Assembly: GCA_024655865.1 (NCBI GenBank)
Contig: JANLFM010000004.1
Location: 19,040 to 83,039, forward strand
Direction of reading: 5' to 3'
Length of the DNA stretch: 64,000 bases
Source of the DNA: Caldisericota bacterium
GTDB lineage: Bacteria; Caldisericota; JANLFM01
This document shows positions 36,688-46,906 of this stretch, piece after piece. The notes under the pieces are model-generated. The model was not told the DNA's origin. It was given only the letters and a program-made list of their open reading frames with translations, and did no database searches. Both the position numbers and the translations under genes were made by a program. Every line of letters begins with the position of its first letter. The stretch's first letter is position 1.

Positions 36688-37563
36688 TTGCCTAATCCGG
36701 TGATGGTGGCCTCGGGCACATACGGCTGGGGGGAAGAGGCAGCTCTGCTATTAGACCTCGACCAGCTTGGTGCCTTCGTCACGAAGACCGTCACTTTAAA
36801 GCCCCGCCTGGGAAACCCGCCCCCTCGTATCTGGGAGACCCCTGCCGGGCTGCTCAACTCCATTGGCCTCCAGAACGAGGGCTTGAAGGTTTTTTTAAAA
36901 AAAGCGCTCCCTATTTTTGAGCGCTTTCGGGTTCCTTTGATTGTGAGTATCGCCGGGGAAAGCGTGGAGGAGTACCTGGCCCTCGCGGAGGCCCTGGAGG
37001 ACGAGCATAGAGTAAATGCTTTGGAGATCAATGTCTCCTGTCCCAACGTGAAGGAGGGAATGCTTTTTGGAACAAGCCCGCGCTTGACCGCGGAATTGGT
37101 GAGAAACTTGCGCCGAGCCACCTCTAAAACCCTGATCGTGAAACTCACCCCGAATACGGGAGAAATTAAAGAGGTAGCGCAGGCCGCAGAAAACGAAGGG
37201 GCAGACGCCCTCTCTTTAGTGAACACCTTCTTGGGGATGGCCATTGATCTTCGAACCAGGCGCTCCCGTCTCTCCACCCTTTTTGGGGGCCTCTCGGGGC
37301 CAGCTATCAAGCCCCTAGCCCTGCGCTATGTTTTTGAAGTCTATCGAGCGGTAAAGGTCCCGATCATCGGCATGGGAGGGATTACGAGCGGCGAGGATGC
37401 CCTGGAATTCATCATTGCCGGGGCCTCGGCGATAGCCGTGGGGAGCGCTTCCTTCCGGAGGCCTGATGCCCCACTCCAAGTATTGAGGGAGTTAACCTCG
37501 CTTTTTGAGGAATTGGGAGTTAAAAGCCTCAAAGAAATAAAAGGGAGTTTCCAGTATGAGTGA
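36688..37563 (+). CDS. pyrD: Dihydroorotate dehydrogenase 1B catalytic subunit (true start probably a few codons upstream)
   Basis: Carries NPVMVASG...IGMGGI. Confidence 0.85.
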   Translation: MPNPVMVASGTYGWGEEAALLLDLDQLGAFVTKTVTLKPRLGNPPPRIWETPAGLLNSIGLQNEGLKVFLKKALPIFERFRVPLIVSIAGESVEEYLALAEALEDEHRVNALEINVSCPNVKEGMLFGTSPRLTAELVRNLRRATSKTLIVKLTPNTGEIKEVAQAAENEGADALSLVNTFLGMAIDLRTRRSRLSTLFGGLSGPAIKPLALRYVFEVYRAVKVPIIGMGGITSGEDALEFIIAGASAIAVGSASFRRPDAPLQVLRELTSLFEELGVKSLKEIKGSFQYE

Positions 37564-38449
37564 GAACTTCGCGGATTTCTTGCTTGATTCTATAAGAAAG
37601 AAGGGCTCTGTCCTCTGTCTCGGAATGGATCCAGTCCTGGAGCATTTTCCCCCCGATCTTTCGGGCCTTCCCCCAAAACGGGCCCTTTATAGCTTCGTCA
37701 TGGAAATTATGGAGAGCGTCCAGGACTTGACCCCGGTAATCAAATTTCAGATTGCCTGCTTTGAGCGCTACGGAAGTGAAGGAATAAGGATTCTGGAAGA
37801 GGCATTGAGGAAAGCCCAAAAGAGCGGGATCATCACGATCCTCGATGGCAAACGAGGGGACATTGGCTCCACTTCGGAACAGTATGCCCTGGCCTACTTC
37901 TCTCAGCAAGCACCCCTGCCCGCGGATGCAGTCACTTTGAACCCGTATCTGGGCCGGGATTCACTGGAGCCCTTCTTCCCCTTCTTCAAATTAAGAAAGG
38001 GAGCCTTTGTGCTCCTGCGCACCTCCAATCCCTCCGCCCGCGAAGTTCAGGATTTAAAGGTTGAAAGCGGCCCTCTTTATTTGGAAGTGGCCAAACTGGT
38101 TAAGGAATGGGGGAAACCGTTCCTCGGGAAATTTGGCTACAGCTCCCTGGGAGCTGTAGTGGGCGCCACTTACCCGGAAGAGCTTTCTCTACTTCGAGGC
38201 CTCTTTCCGGAAATGTTTTTCCTCGTTCCTGGATATGGAGCGCAAGGAGCAACGGAGAAGGAAGTGGCCTCAGCTTTTGACACTCGTGGGGAAGGAGCGA
38301 TTGTGAACTCCTCCCGCCAGTTAATCTACGCTTACAAGCGCTCCCCTTATTGTGAAATGGGGGTAAAATTCGGGGAGGCAGCGCGCCTGGCATACCTTGA
38401 TGCTCGAGAAAAATTAAATTTGGCCATTAAAGAAAGGGTGAAAAAATGA
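37556..38449 (+). CDS. pyrF: Orotidine-5'-phosphate decarboxylase (type 2)
   Basis: Carries LCLGMDP and DGKRGDIG. Confidence 0.85.
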   Translation: MSENFADFLLDSIRKKGSVLCLGMDPVLEHFPPDLSGLPPKRALYSFVMEIMESVQDLTPVIKFQIACFERYGSEGIRILEEALRKAQKSGIITILDGKRGDIGSTSEQYALAYFSQQAPLPADAVTLNPYLGRDSLEPFFPFFKLRKGAFVLLRTSNPSAREVQDLKVESGPLYLEVAKLVKEWGKPFLGKFGYSSLGAVVGATYPEELSLLRGLFPEMFFLVPGYGAQGATEKEVASAFDTRGEGAIVNSSRQLIYAYKRSPYCEMGVKFGEAARLAYLDAREKLNLAIKERVKK

Positions 38450-39030
38450 ATAAGGATGAACTTTTAGAAACGCTCTATCGCACAGGGGCACTGCAACAGG
38501 GGCACTTTTTGCTTTCCTCTGGATTGCATTCCGATCGCTACGTGCAGTGTGCCCTGCTCCTCCAGTATCCCGGCATTTCCTCCAGGGTAGGGGAAGAGCT
38601 GGCAGAACTTTTTTCTGACCTCCAGGTAGAGACGGTCATTGGACCGGCAATGGGTGGAATTATTATCGTTTACGAGGTGGCCAGGCACCTGAAGAAAAGG
38701 GCGATCTTCACCGAAAGGGAGCAGGGGAAGATGGTCTTGAGAAGAGGGTTCTCTCTGGAGCCCGAGGAACCGGTGCTCGTGATTGAGGACGTAATCACCA
38801 CTGGCGGATCGGTTCTCGAGGTGATTGACGTCTGCCACGCTTTCCGGGCAAAAGTTATGGGGGTCGGTTCCATTATCGACCGCAGCATTAAATCATTGGA
38901 TCTGGGAGTGCCCCTGAAATCGCTTTTAAGGCTGGAAATCCAGACCTGGAAAAGGGAAGAGTGCCCCTTATGCCAGCAGGGGATTAAGCTGGTGAAACCA
39001 GGAAGTCGGGAAATCCCTCTTTCCTTCTGA
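38446..39030 (+). CDS. pyrE: Orotate phosphoribosyltransferase
   Basis: Carries GHFLLSSGLHSDRY and the PRPP-binding motif VLVIEDVITTGGS. Confidence 0.85.
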   Translation: MNKDELLETLYRTGALQQGHFLLSSGLHSDRYVQCALLLQYPGISSRVGEELAELFSDLQVETVIGPAMGGIIIVYEVARHLKKRAIFTEREQGKMVLRRGFSLEPEEPVLVIEDVITTGGSVLEVIDVCHAFRAKVMGVGSIIDRSIKSLDLGVPLKSLLRLEIQTWKREECPLCQQGIKLVKPGSREIPLSF

Positions 39031-39151
39031 GCCCTTCAGGACTATCTCTTCCCGGAAGGGAAATCGTTCACCTTATCCGGGGGACGGAGCTTGATAATGA
39101 AGGCAGCATCCTTGCTCCTTCTTAAAAGCGGAGGGGCGTGTTAATATTTAA

Positions 39152-39535
39152 ATGATGAGAGCAAGGGCTTTCCAGAATATTTTTGCTCTTTTTATCCTGG
39201 CTGGAGCTCTGGTTTTTGGCTTCCTGCCAAGAAGCGATTTGTTTCCTATCAAGGTGGACATTTACATTCAGGGTGACACTTTCACCTTCCGAGAGATCGA
39301 GAGCGATTTCGAGGAGGGGGTCCGTGCCCTGGACATCGTTGTGGACAACAGCTTTTCGGCCTCGGCCTTTTACGGGGATCTGCTCCTCACGCCAGGCCAA
39401 CACTACCTCGTCTTTCATTACAAGTACCGGGGGGAACTTCTGGATAGCCGTGATTTGAACTTAGAGCCTTCCGGACATAGCGCCATCAGGGTTGACCTCA
39501 ACCGCACGAGCATTCTCAACGTGGAGGCGAAATAG
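39152..39535 (+). CDS. Small secreted/membrane-anchored hypothetical protein
   Basis: An N-terminal signal/TM segment (FALFILAGALVF) is present. I recognise no family. Confidence 0.4.
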   Translation: MMRARAFQNIFALFILAGALVFGFLPRSDLFPIKVDIYIQGDTFTFREIESDFEEGVRALDIVVDNSFSASAFYGDLLLTPGQHYLVFHYKYRGELLDSRDLNLEPSGHSAIRVDLNRTSILNVEAK

Positions 39536-40205
39536 CATGGTGCTTCCCATCTATGATTTAAACAGAAGAAGGTCCTTTCCCTTTATCACTCTGACGCTGA
39601 TTGCCTCTTGCATAATAGTTTTTATCTACCAGCTCACCCTGGGGCTCTCTTCTGAGGAGGGCAACCGTTTTGTGACGCTCTACGGGGCGGTCCCCGCATT
39701 GATCCTTCAGGGACAGAACATCTCCTCCATCTTCAGCTCCATGTTCCTGCACGGTGGCTGGCTCCATCTGATCGGAAATATGTTTTTCCTCTGGGTTTTT
39801 GGCGACAACGTGGAAGATTTCCTGGGACCTGTGCGCTACACCCTTTTCTACTTGCTCTCTGGAGTTGCTGCAGCCTACAGCTACGTTCTCTTCTCAGGGA
39901 ACTACCCCTATACACCCATGATTGGAGCCTCTGGGGCGATATCCGGGGTCATGGGAGCTTACATTTATTTCTTCCCCAGAGCACCGATAATCACGCTGAT
40001 TCCCCTGGGAATTTTCTCAAGGGTGATCCCCCTTCCTGCCTGGATCTACCTCTTAATCTGGTTCGGCTCGCAGTTCCTGATCGCTCCTTCGGAAGGCGTT
40101 GCGGTTCAGGCCCACATTGGAGGTTTCCTGGCCGGAATTGCTCTGGCGATCATCTTTAGCTTAGGTAAACGCCCCACCCCATCCGGGGGTCAGGTCTTGC
40201 AATAA
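39492..40205 (+). CDS. Rhomboid-family intramembrane serine protease (start likely ~39537); last codons read into the REP repeat
   Basis: Carries GASGAISG (GxSG) and the AHIGGFLAG catalytic His, with six TM segments. Confidence 0.75.
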   Translation: MTSTARAFSTWRRNSMVLPIYDLNRRRSFPFITLTLIASCIIVFIYQLTLGLSSEEGNRFVTLYGAVPALILQGQNISSIFSSMFLHGGWLHLIGNMFFLWVFGDNVEDFLGPVRYTLFYLLSGVAAAYSYVLFSGNYPYTPMIGASGAISGVMGAYIYFFPRAPIITLIPLGIFSRVIPLPAWIYLLIWFGSQFLIAPSEGVAVQAHIGGFLAGIALAIIFSLGKRPTPSGGQVLQ

Positions 40206-40462
40206 CACATTTGCTTTTTTCGGCATTCTATGCGCTCTGGGGAGATGCCTTCGGGTGCTTTTAATACTGCCGTAGCGGCCCTCTTTCACCTCTTTTTCAA
40301 TGGAAATTTCCATAAACCTCTATGGCCTGCCCTTTGAGCCTGAAATAGAAGGCAGAAGCTCATGAGCCATTAAACCAATATTTGAAACATAGCCCCTTTT
40401 TAGCCTGAAAACGAAGCAGAAGCCCGTCGAAATTAAAATGTTGGATTGCAAGACCTGACCCC
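40186..40462 (+). mobile_element. 277-bp MITE/REPIN-like element bounded by inverted copies of the 26-bp REP GGGGTCAGGTCTTGCAATCCAACAAT (copy A)
   Basis: Terminal inverted repeats read directly. The interior is ~90% identical to copy B. Confidence 0.7.
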
Positions 40463-40523
40463 GGAGCTTGACAGTGGCACTCGATAAACCTATGCTATTT
40501 TTGCACTTCAAAAAAGGGGGTAA

Positions 40524-41882
40524 GTGGAACAAATGAGAGGGAAGTGGAAAGTTTTACTGGTTTTGGTTTCTCTCCTCGCTATTACAGCTATGATCGCCAG
40601 TTGTGCTGCTCCTACGCCAAGCCCTACACCCACCGCGACTTCTCCTACGCCCACACCGACTTCTCCACCGCCAGAAGTTAATGCGCTTACGGTCTATCAC
40701 TGGTGGACCTCGGGCGGAGAGAAAGCGGCAATTGATGCCCTTGTTAAAGTTTTCGCCACAAAGTATCCCGATGTAGCAATTATGCAGACTCCTGTAACAG
40801 GGGGCGCAGGCTTTACCATGATGGGCATCATTAAGACCCTGGTCTTAGCAGGGGATGCTCCAGATGCCTTTCAGATGCATGCTGGATACGAGGGCAAGCC
40901 CTATTTCGACGCCGGCCTTCTTGACCCCATAGATGATCTCTGGAAAGAAGAGGGCCTGGAAGCCGTAATACCTGAAGTGGTCAGGCACATGTGCCAGTTC
41001 GATGGGCATTATTACTCTGTGCCCGTGAACATTCACAGGGTAAACGTCGTCTGGTACAACAAATCCCTTCTGGATAAAAACGGGATTGACCCCACCACTT
41101 TAACCACCTGGGACGCCTTCTTTGCTGCCTGCGACAAGCTAAAAGCTGCAGGCGTCCAGTATCCCATTCAAATGGGTGAAGCCTGGACGGCCGCTCACGC
41201 TTTTGAACAAATTGTGGCCAGCATGGGCATAGACTTCTATCAGGATTGGATCAACGGCAAGATAACCGCTGCGGATGATCCCAAGCTGACGCAGGCTCTG
41301 GAAATCTTCAAAAAGTACCTGAGCTACGTTAACCCCGATCATGCTGCTTTAACCTGGGATGACGCCACAAAGAGGATCATCACCGGGGAAGGCGCCTTCA
41401 ACATTATGGGTGACTGGGCCAACGGAGAATTTTACGTTGCCAAGATGACGTACGGCGAAGATTACGGAACATTCGCGGTGCCCGGAACTGAGGGGATGTA
41501 CGGCCTCTGCATCGATGTTTTCCAGCATCCCAAGGGGGTAAAGCACCCCACCAACTCCCTGCGATGGCTTAAGGTGGTAGCCTCCAAGGAGGGGCAGGAC
41601 GCCTTTAACCCTATCAAGGGTTCCATCGCTGCCCGGACAGATGCCGATATCTCTAAGTACGGTCCTTACCAGCAATCCGCTATTGCGGACTTCAAAGTAG
41701 CCAAATACATGTTCCCCAGCGTGGTCCACGGGAGCGGAGCCCCAGAGTCCTTCAAGGTTAAGCTGTCCGACATCATCTCTGGGTTTACCACCGACTTAGA
41801 CGTGAATAAGGCAGCACAGGCCCTGACCAGCTATACCAAGGAGATCTCCGGCGAATACACCATTCAGTGGTCAATTAAATAG
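40524..41882 (+). CDS. ABC transporter solute-binding lipoprotein (sugar, family 1) with Pro/Thr-rich linker
   Basis: A lipobox (LAITAMIASC) is followed by a PTPSPTPTATSPTPT linker and an SBP fold. Confidence 0.85.
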   Translation: MEQMRGKWKVLLVLVSLLAITAMIASCAAPTPSPTPTATSPTPTPTSPPPEVNALTVYHWWTSGGEKAAIDALVKVFATKYPDVAIMQTPVTGGAGFTMMGIIKTLVLAGDAPDAFQMHAGYEGKPYFDAGLLDPIDDLWKEEGLEAVIPEVVRHMCQFDGHYYSVPVNIHRVNVVWYNKSLLDKNGIDPTTLTTWDAFFAACDKLKAAGVQYPIQMGEAWTAAHAFEQIVASMGIDFYQDWINGKITAADDPKLTQALEIFKKYLSYVNPDHAALTWDDATKRIITGEGAFNIMGDWANGEFYVAKMTYGEDYGTFAVPGTEGMYGLCIDVFQHPKGVKHPTNSLRWLKVVASKEGQDAFNPIKGSIAARTDADISKYGPYQQSAIADFKVAKYMFPSVVHGSGAPESFKVKLSDIISGFTTDLDVNKAAQALTSYTKEISGEYTIQWSIK

Positions 41883-41934
41883 GTGAAGGTTTCCAAAGGA
41901 GGGGGGAGTACTCCCCCCTCCTTTTTTTCTAAAG

Positions 41935-42825
41935 ATGACGGTTTCCTGGAAGGCTTTCAAAGATAGAATATTAACGATAACCCTTTTCCTGCCCGCCCTA
42001 GTCCTTGTAGGGTATTTTGTCTACTTCAGTATAGGCTGGAATATAGTTGTTTCTCTTTCAGACTGGAAGGGCCTTGTCCCCAGTTATCGCATTGTAGGTT
42101 TTTCTCAATACCTCAAGCTTATAAGTGACCCAGTATTTCTCATCTCGCTGAAGAATAACCTGATTTTAATGGCCCTTTTTGTCCCCGGAAGCCTGGCTCT
42201 GGGACTGTTCCTGGCCATTCTTCTCGATCAAAAGGTAAGGTTTGAGGCGAGCTTCAGGGCCATTTACTTGCTTCCTTTCACCCTCTCCTTCGTGATTACC
42301 GGTTATCTCTGGCGCTGGATGTACAACCCGACCATAGGGGTGATCAATACAATTCTGGATAAAACCGGGCTGGGTTTTTTAAAGAGCGGGTGGATCACCG
42401 ACCCCAACATCGCACTTTATTGCGTAGTTCTCGCTCTGATCTGGCAATTCGCGGGATATACGATGCTCATTTTTCTCGCAGGGATCCGGTCCATTCCTGA
42501 ATCGCACATTATGGCTGCCCAAGTTGACGGGGCCTCGGGATTTTACCTATATAGAAGAATCATCATCCCTCAAATTAAATTTTCCTTCTTCACGGCTTTC
42601 GTAATCCTTATGGTTTTTGCCCTGAAAGCCTTTGACTTCATTTATATTCTTACTTCCGGTGGTCCCGGCTATGCCACGGAAATTCTCCCCCTGACTATGT
42701 ACAAGGAAAGCTTCGCTATGACGCACTTTGCCTACGGATCGGCCATCGCCTCCCTCTTGTTCTTTCTGGTGATGATGATCGTGGTCCCTTACCTTTTGCG
42801 CACCTATTGGAGGCAAGAGAAATGA
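41935..42825 (+). CDS. Sugar ABC transporter permease (MalF/UgpA-like)
   Basis: Six TM segments with the EAA-loop motif (DGASGFYLYRRIIIP). Confidence 0.85.
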   Translation: MTVSWKAFKDRILTITLFLPALVLVGYFVYFSIGWNIVVSLSDWKGLVPSYRIVGFSQYLKLISDPVFLISLKNNLILMALFVPGSLALGLFLAILLDQKVRFEASFRAIYLLPFTLSFVITGYLWRWMYNPTIGVINTILDKTGLGFLKSGWITDPNIALYCVVLALIWQFAGYTMLIFLAGIRSIPESHIMAAQVDGASGFYLYRRIIIPQIKFSFFTAFVILMVFALKAFDFIYILTSGGPGYATEILPLTMYKESFAMTHFAYGSAIASLLFFLVMMIVVPYLLRTYWRQEK

Positions 42826-43646
42826 CTCGCCCCCGGGTCAGTCGCTTTTTCCTGTACCTGATTCTGATTTTCTTCGTCATCCTCTTCCTTCTCCCCCTGT
42901 GGAGCGCCCTGGTGACCGCCCTGAAAACCGAGCAGGACCTGATCTATACCACTCCTATAGAACCGCCTAAAGATCCCACCCTGGAGCCCCTGAAAACCAC
43001 ACTGTCCATAATGGGTCGTCCCCTTTTAAACAGCTTGACCTTCACTTTGGGAGCAACTCTCCTTTCTTGCCTTTTTGGTTCTATTGCAGGATACGTTTTG
43101 ACCAAAATCAGGTTCCCGGGTTCCGGTATTATTTTTGCTTTGATCATTCTGGGCATTTTTATCCCCTATCAGGCAGTCCTCGTGCCTTTAGTGTTGACTA
43201 TGGTCAGGCTCGGCCTCTACAACACCATATGGGGACTGATTTTGACCCATACAGCCTACGGGATACCAATTTGCACCCTGCTTTTCCGGTCCTTTTATGA
43301 GGATATTCCCGACAGCCTGGTTCGAGCCGCACAAATAGACGGGGCCGGCACCTGGACTATATACAGGCGAGTGATACTTCCCCTATCCTGGCTTCCTTTC
43401 GCAGTGGCTGCGGTCTTCCAATTCACCTCTATCTGGAACGACCTGTTAATTGGCCTGGTCCTTTCCCGGGGGATTGAGGCTATGCCTGCATCTGTGGCTT
43501 TAGCGAATCTCAAGGGTGGCTTTGTCGCTCTCTGGAATTTACAGATGGCAGGCACGCTCTGGTATGCTCTACCCGCTTTGATTATTTATTTCGTTTTAGG
43601 AAAATATTTGATAAAGGGATATATGGCTGGAGCGATCAAGGGCTAA
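42807..43646 (+). CDS. Sugar ABC transporter permease (MalG/UgpE-like)
   Basis: Has the EAA loop (AAQIDGAGTWTIYRRVILP). Confidence 0.85.
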   Translation: MEAREMTRPRVSRFFLYLILIFFVILFLLPLWSALVTALKTEQDLIYTTPIEPPKDPTLEPLKTTLSIMGRPLLNSLTFTLGATLLSCLFGSIAGYVLTKIRFPGSGIIFALIILGIFIPYQAVLVPLVLTMVRLGLYNTIWGLILTHTAYGIPICTLLFRSFYEDIPDSLVRAAQIDGAGTWTIYRRVILPLSWLPFAVAAVFQFTSIWNDLLIGLVLSRGIEAMPASVALANLKGGFVALWNLQMAGTLWYALPALIIYFVLGKYLIKGYMAGAIKG

Positions 43647-43647
43647 T

Positions 43648-43673
43648 GGGGTCAGGTCTTGCAATCCAACAAT
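43648..43673 (+). repeat. Solo REP copy between the permease and ATPase genes
   Basis: Exact 26-mer read directly. Confidence 0.7.
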
Positions 43674-43704
43674 TTCAGAGGACTGGAGCGATTAAGAGTT
43701 AAAA

Positions 43705-44820
43705 ATGGCGAGCGTAATCATTAAGAACCTGAAAAAAAGATACGGCAAATCCGAGGCCGTGGACAATTTAAACCTGGAAATCAGGGATGGAGAGTTTTTT
43801 GTCCTTCTTGGTCCGTCTGGTTGTGGCAAGACGACAACCCTGCTTTCTATCGCCGGGTTGATTACTCCTGACGAAGGGGAAATCTGGTTAGGAGAAGAGC
43901 TGGTAACCTCAAAAGAAAAGAGGAGTTTCCTTCGTCCTCAGGAACGTGATGTGGCCATGGTTTTCCAGGATTACGCTATCTACCCCCACCTGACCGTTTT
44001 TAGAAATATTTCTTTTCCTCTGGAAGTGAGAGGGATGAGCAAAGAGATAATAGAGAAAAAGGTCAGGGAAGTGGCCGAAAGCCTGGGCATTGCAAGCCTG
44101 CTTTCCCGAAAACCGGCACAGCTCTCAGGTGGTCAAAGGCAAAGGGTGGCCCTGGCCCGGGCCATCGTGAGGGAGCCCAAAGTTTTCCTCATGGATGAGC
44201 CGCTGTCTAATCTTGACGCCAAGCTTAGAGTGTCTGCCAGGGCTGAATTAAAAAAATTACACGAGAGAATTAAAACAACGATCATCTACGTCACCCATGA
44301 TCAGGTAGAAGCTATGTCCATTGGGGACCGTATTGCTATTTTAAACAATGGGCGCCTTGAGCAGGTGGGAACCCCTCGGGAAGTCTATGACCGCCCCGCC
44401 AATATTTTTGTGGCCTCATTCATCGGCAGCCCGCCCATGAATTTCTTTGAGGGCCTCATCCGGGGGCAAGACGAGAAGATTGTGCTGGATTTAGGTTTTA
44501 CCTCCATAGAGCTTCCCGAAAGAATCAAGAAGGCCATAAGAGAGAACGGGCTTTCTCAGGTAACGGTTGGCATCCGACCGGAACACGTAGAAATCGTAAA
44601 AGAAAGGGGAGCCAAAGGCTTAATTGAAGCCAAAATTGACGTCATAGAGCTCGTGGGAAAAGAGTTTATAGTGCACCTGGACCTTGACAGATGGTCCATA
44701 GTTTCCGTAACCAGTGCCAACCTGGATCTGGTTGCGGGGGAAAAGGTGGGGCTTTTCCTGGACATAAACAGGATGCACTTTTTTGAGAGTCAAACCGGAA
44801 AGGCCCTTTCCACTTCTTAA
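43705..44820 (+). CDS. Sugar ABC transporter ATP-binding protein (MalK/UgpC-like with C-terminal TOBE domain)
   Basis: Has Walker A GPSGCGKTT, the ABC signature LSGGQRQR and Walker B FLMDEPLSNLD. Confidence 0.9.
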   Translation: MASVIIKNLKKRYGKSEAVDNLNLEIRDGEFFVLLGPSGCGKTTTLLSIAGLITPDEGEIWLGEELVTSKEKRSFLRPQERDVAMVFQDYAIYPHLTVFRNISFPLEVRGMSKEIIEKKVREVAESLGIASLLSRKPAQLSGGQRQRVALARAIVREPKVFLMDEPLSNLDAKLRVSARAELKKLHERIKTTIIYVTHDQVEAMSIGDRIAILNNGRLEQVGTPREVYDRPANIFVASFIGSPPMNFFEGLIRGQDEKIVLDLGFTSIELPERIKKAIRENGLSQVTVGIRPEHVEIVKERGAKGLIEAKIDVIELVGKEFIVHLDLDRWSIVSVTSANLDLVAGEKVGLFLDINRMHFFESQTGKALSTS

Positions 44821-44841
44821 ACCACTGAAAAAGTGAACCTC

Positions 44842-45118
44842 GGGGTCAGGTCTTGCAATCACACATTTGCTTTTTTCGGCATTCTATGCGTCCTGGGAAT
44901 GTACCTTCAAATACCTTTAATACTGTCATAGCGGGCCTCTTCTTTTTATCAATTGAAAATTTCAATGAGATTCTCCACAGCCAGCCCTTTGTAGACCGAA
45001 ATAGAAGGCAGAAACTCATGAGCCATTAAACTAATATTTGAAACATAGCCCCCTTTTAGCCTGAAAACGAAGCAGAAGCCGGTCGAAATTAAATTGTTGG
45101 ATTGCAAGACCTGACCCC
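44842..45118 (+). mobile_element. 277-bp MITE/REPIN-like element (copy B), in the same orientation as copy A
   Basis: Bounded by inverted REPs. The two copies directly repeat across the ABC operon. Confidence 0.7.
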
Positions 45119-45188
45119 GGAAACTACTTTACCTCATCCTCTTAAACTGCTAAATTTACTCCAACTTCCTTTAAACTGAGGAGCGAAG

Positions 45189-46628
45189 ATGGCAGAGGAA
45201 TTTGTTACCGAAATCACAAAAAAATCAGAGGATTTTTCCGAATGGTACGTTCAAATAGTGCGGCGCGCCGAGCTCGCAGATTATAGCCCCTTGAAAGGCT
45301 GCATGGTGATCCGCCCCTATGGCTACACCATCTGGGAGAACATCCAGGACGCTCTGGACAGGCGCCTTAAGGAGACGGGGCACGTCAACGCTTACTTCCC
45401 CCTCTTCATCCCGGAAAGCTTCCTGGCCAAAGAGGCGGAACACGTCAAAGGCTTTGCCCCCCAGGTAGCCTGGGTTACCCAAGGCGGGGACGAAATCCTG
45501 GAAGAACGCTGGGCGGTGAGACCTACTTCCGAGGCCATTATCGGCTATATGTATTCCAAATGGGTGCGCTCCTGGAGGGATCTTCCCATCCTGATCAACC
45601 AGTGGTGCAACATCGTGCGCTGGGAAAAGGTCACGAGACTGTTCTTGCGTACTACCGAGTTCCTCTGGCAGGAGGGGCACACTCTGCATCGCACCCACGA
45701 GGATGCCCTGGAGGAAGTGCTTCGGATTTTGGAGATTTACCGGGATCTCGTAGAAAATGATCTCGCCATCCCGGTGATTACCGGAAAGAAATCTCCCTCT
45801 GAAAAGTTCGCTGGCGCTCTGGATACCTACACCCTTGAGGCGCTGATGCCCGATGGCAAAGCATTGCAGTGTGGCACCTCCCACGATCTCGGTCAGAATT
45901 TCTCCAGGGCTTTTGAAATCACCTTCCTGGATTCTGACGGCCAGGAAAAGCATGCCTGGTCAACTTCCTGGGGGGTATCCACGCGTCTGATCGGTGGTCT
46001 AATCATGGTTCACGGGGATGATTCCGGACTGATCATCCCTCCAAAGATTGCCCCTTATCAGGTGGTGATCGTGCCCATCTTCTACGGTGAAGAGCAAAGC
46101 GCGGTGATTGCCAAGGCCCATGAGCTTAAAGAGATGCTCAAAAAATCCGGAATTCGAGTCAAGGTGGATGACCGGGACGAGTACACCCCTGGTTGGAAAT
46201 TTTCCGAGTGGGAGCTTCGGGGAGTGCCTCTGCGCCTGGAGATTGGGCCCAGAGATCTGGCTTCCAGCGAGGCCGTGCTTGTCCGCCGGGACACTCGGGA
46301 AAAGGTCAAAACTTCCTGGAACGCTCTTCCCCAGCAAACCTCAGAGCTTTTGGAAAGCTTGCATCGCTCGCTCTTTGAAAGGGCGAAAAGTTACAGGGAA
46401 GCAAACACGCATGAGAGCGAAAACTTCGAGGAGTTCAAGGGCATAATTGAAGAGAAGAGAGGGTTTATCCTTTCCCCCTGGTGTGGCAGCGAGGCCTGCG
46501 AAGAGGAAGTGAAAAACCAAACTACAGCAACGATCCGCTGTCTGAAAGAGGAAGGGCCGGAAGGAAAAAAGTGCCTGGTCTGCGGCCAAAAGGCAAAATA
46601 TTTAGCCTATTTTGCCAAATCCTATTAA
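45189..46628 (+). CDS. proS: Prolyl-tRNA synthetase, archaeal/eukaryal type
   Basis: Class II motifs are present and there is no editing insertion. A C-terminal zinc-binding tail is present and the protein is 479 aa. Confidence 0.9.
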   Translation: MAEEFVTEITKKSEDFSEWYVQIVRRAELADYSPLKGCMVIRPYGYTIWENIQDALDRRLKETGHVNAYFPLFIPESFLAKEAEHVKGFAPQVAWVTQGGDEILEERWAVRPTSEAIIGYMYSKWVRSWRDLPILINQWCNIVRWEKVTRLFLRTTEFLWQEGHTLHRTHEDALEEVLRILEIYRDLVENDLAIPVITGKKSPSEKFAGALDTYTLEALMPDGKALQCGTSHDLGQNFSRAFEITFLDSDGQEKHAWSTSWGVSTRLIGGLIMVHGDDSGLIIPPKIAPYQVVIVPIFYGEEQSAVIAKAHELKEMLKKSGIRVKVDDRDEYTPGWKFSEWELRGVPLRLEIGPRDLASSEAVLVRRDTREKVKTSWNALPQQTSELLESLHRSLFERAKSYREANTHESENFEEFKGIIEEKRGFILSPWCGSEACEEEVKNQTTATIRCLKEEGPEGKKCLVCGQKAKYLAYFAKSY

Positions 46629-46906
46629 TCCGGTTTTTCCCCTAAAAGGTTCAAAATCTGGGTTGCGGCTACCGCACCCAAGATCATCCAGAAGAGCAGG
46701 CTGAGGTTGTAAAGCACGGGCAGGTCGATATAGAGCTTGAAGATCACAGCGCAGACGAAGTCCAAAAGGAATGCTCCCAAAATCCCCACAAAGGCAAAAA
46801 GCCAGACTCCTCCTGTGACCCTTTTCACTGAGAGAAACCCGGTGATGATCCCTATCAGGCCACCAACAATGATTATCGCCAGCCAGTGCCAGAAACTGGT
46901 AATCAT
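46625..46906 (-). CDS. Small membrane protein (GlsB/YeaQ/YmgE-like)
   Basis: A 93-aa ORF with three glycine-zipper TM helices. Confidence 0.45.
   Translation of the reverse strand: MITSFWHWLAIIIVGGLIGIITGFLSVKRVTGGVWLFAFVGILGAFLLDFVCAVIFKLYIDLPVLYNLSLLFWMILGAVAATQILNLLGEKPD

Noticed and set aside
45225-45953. 242-aa minus-strand ORF inside proS
   Set aside because: It is antisense to a gene with a clear signature and shows no motifs.
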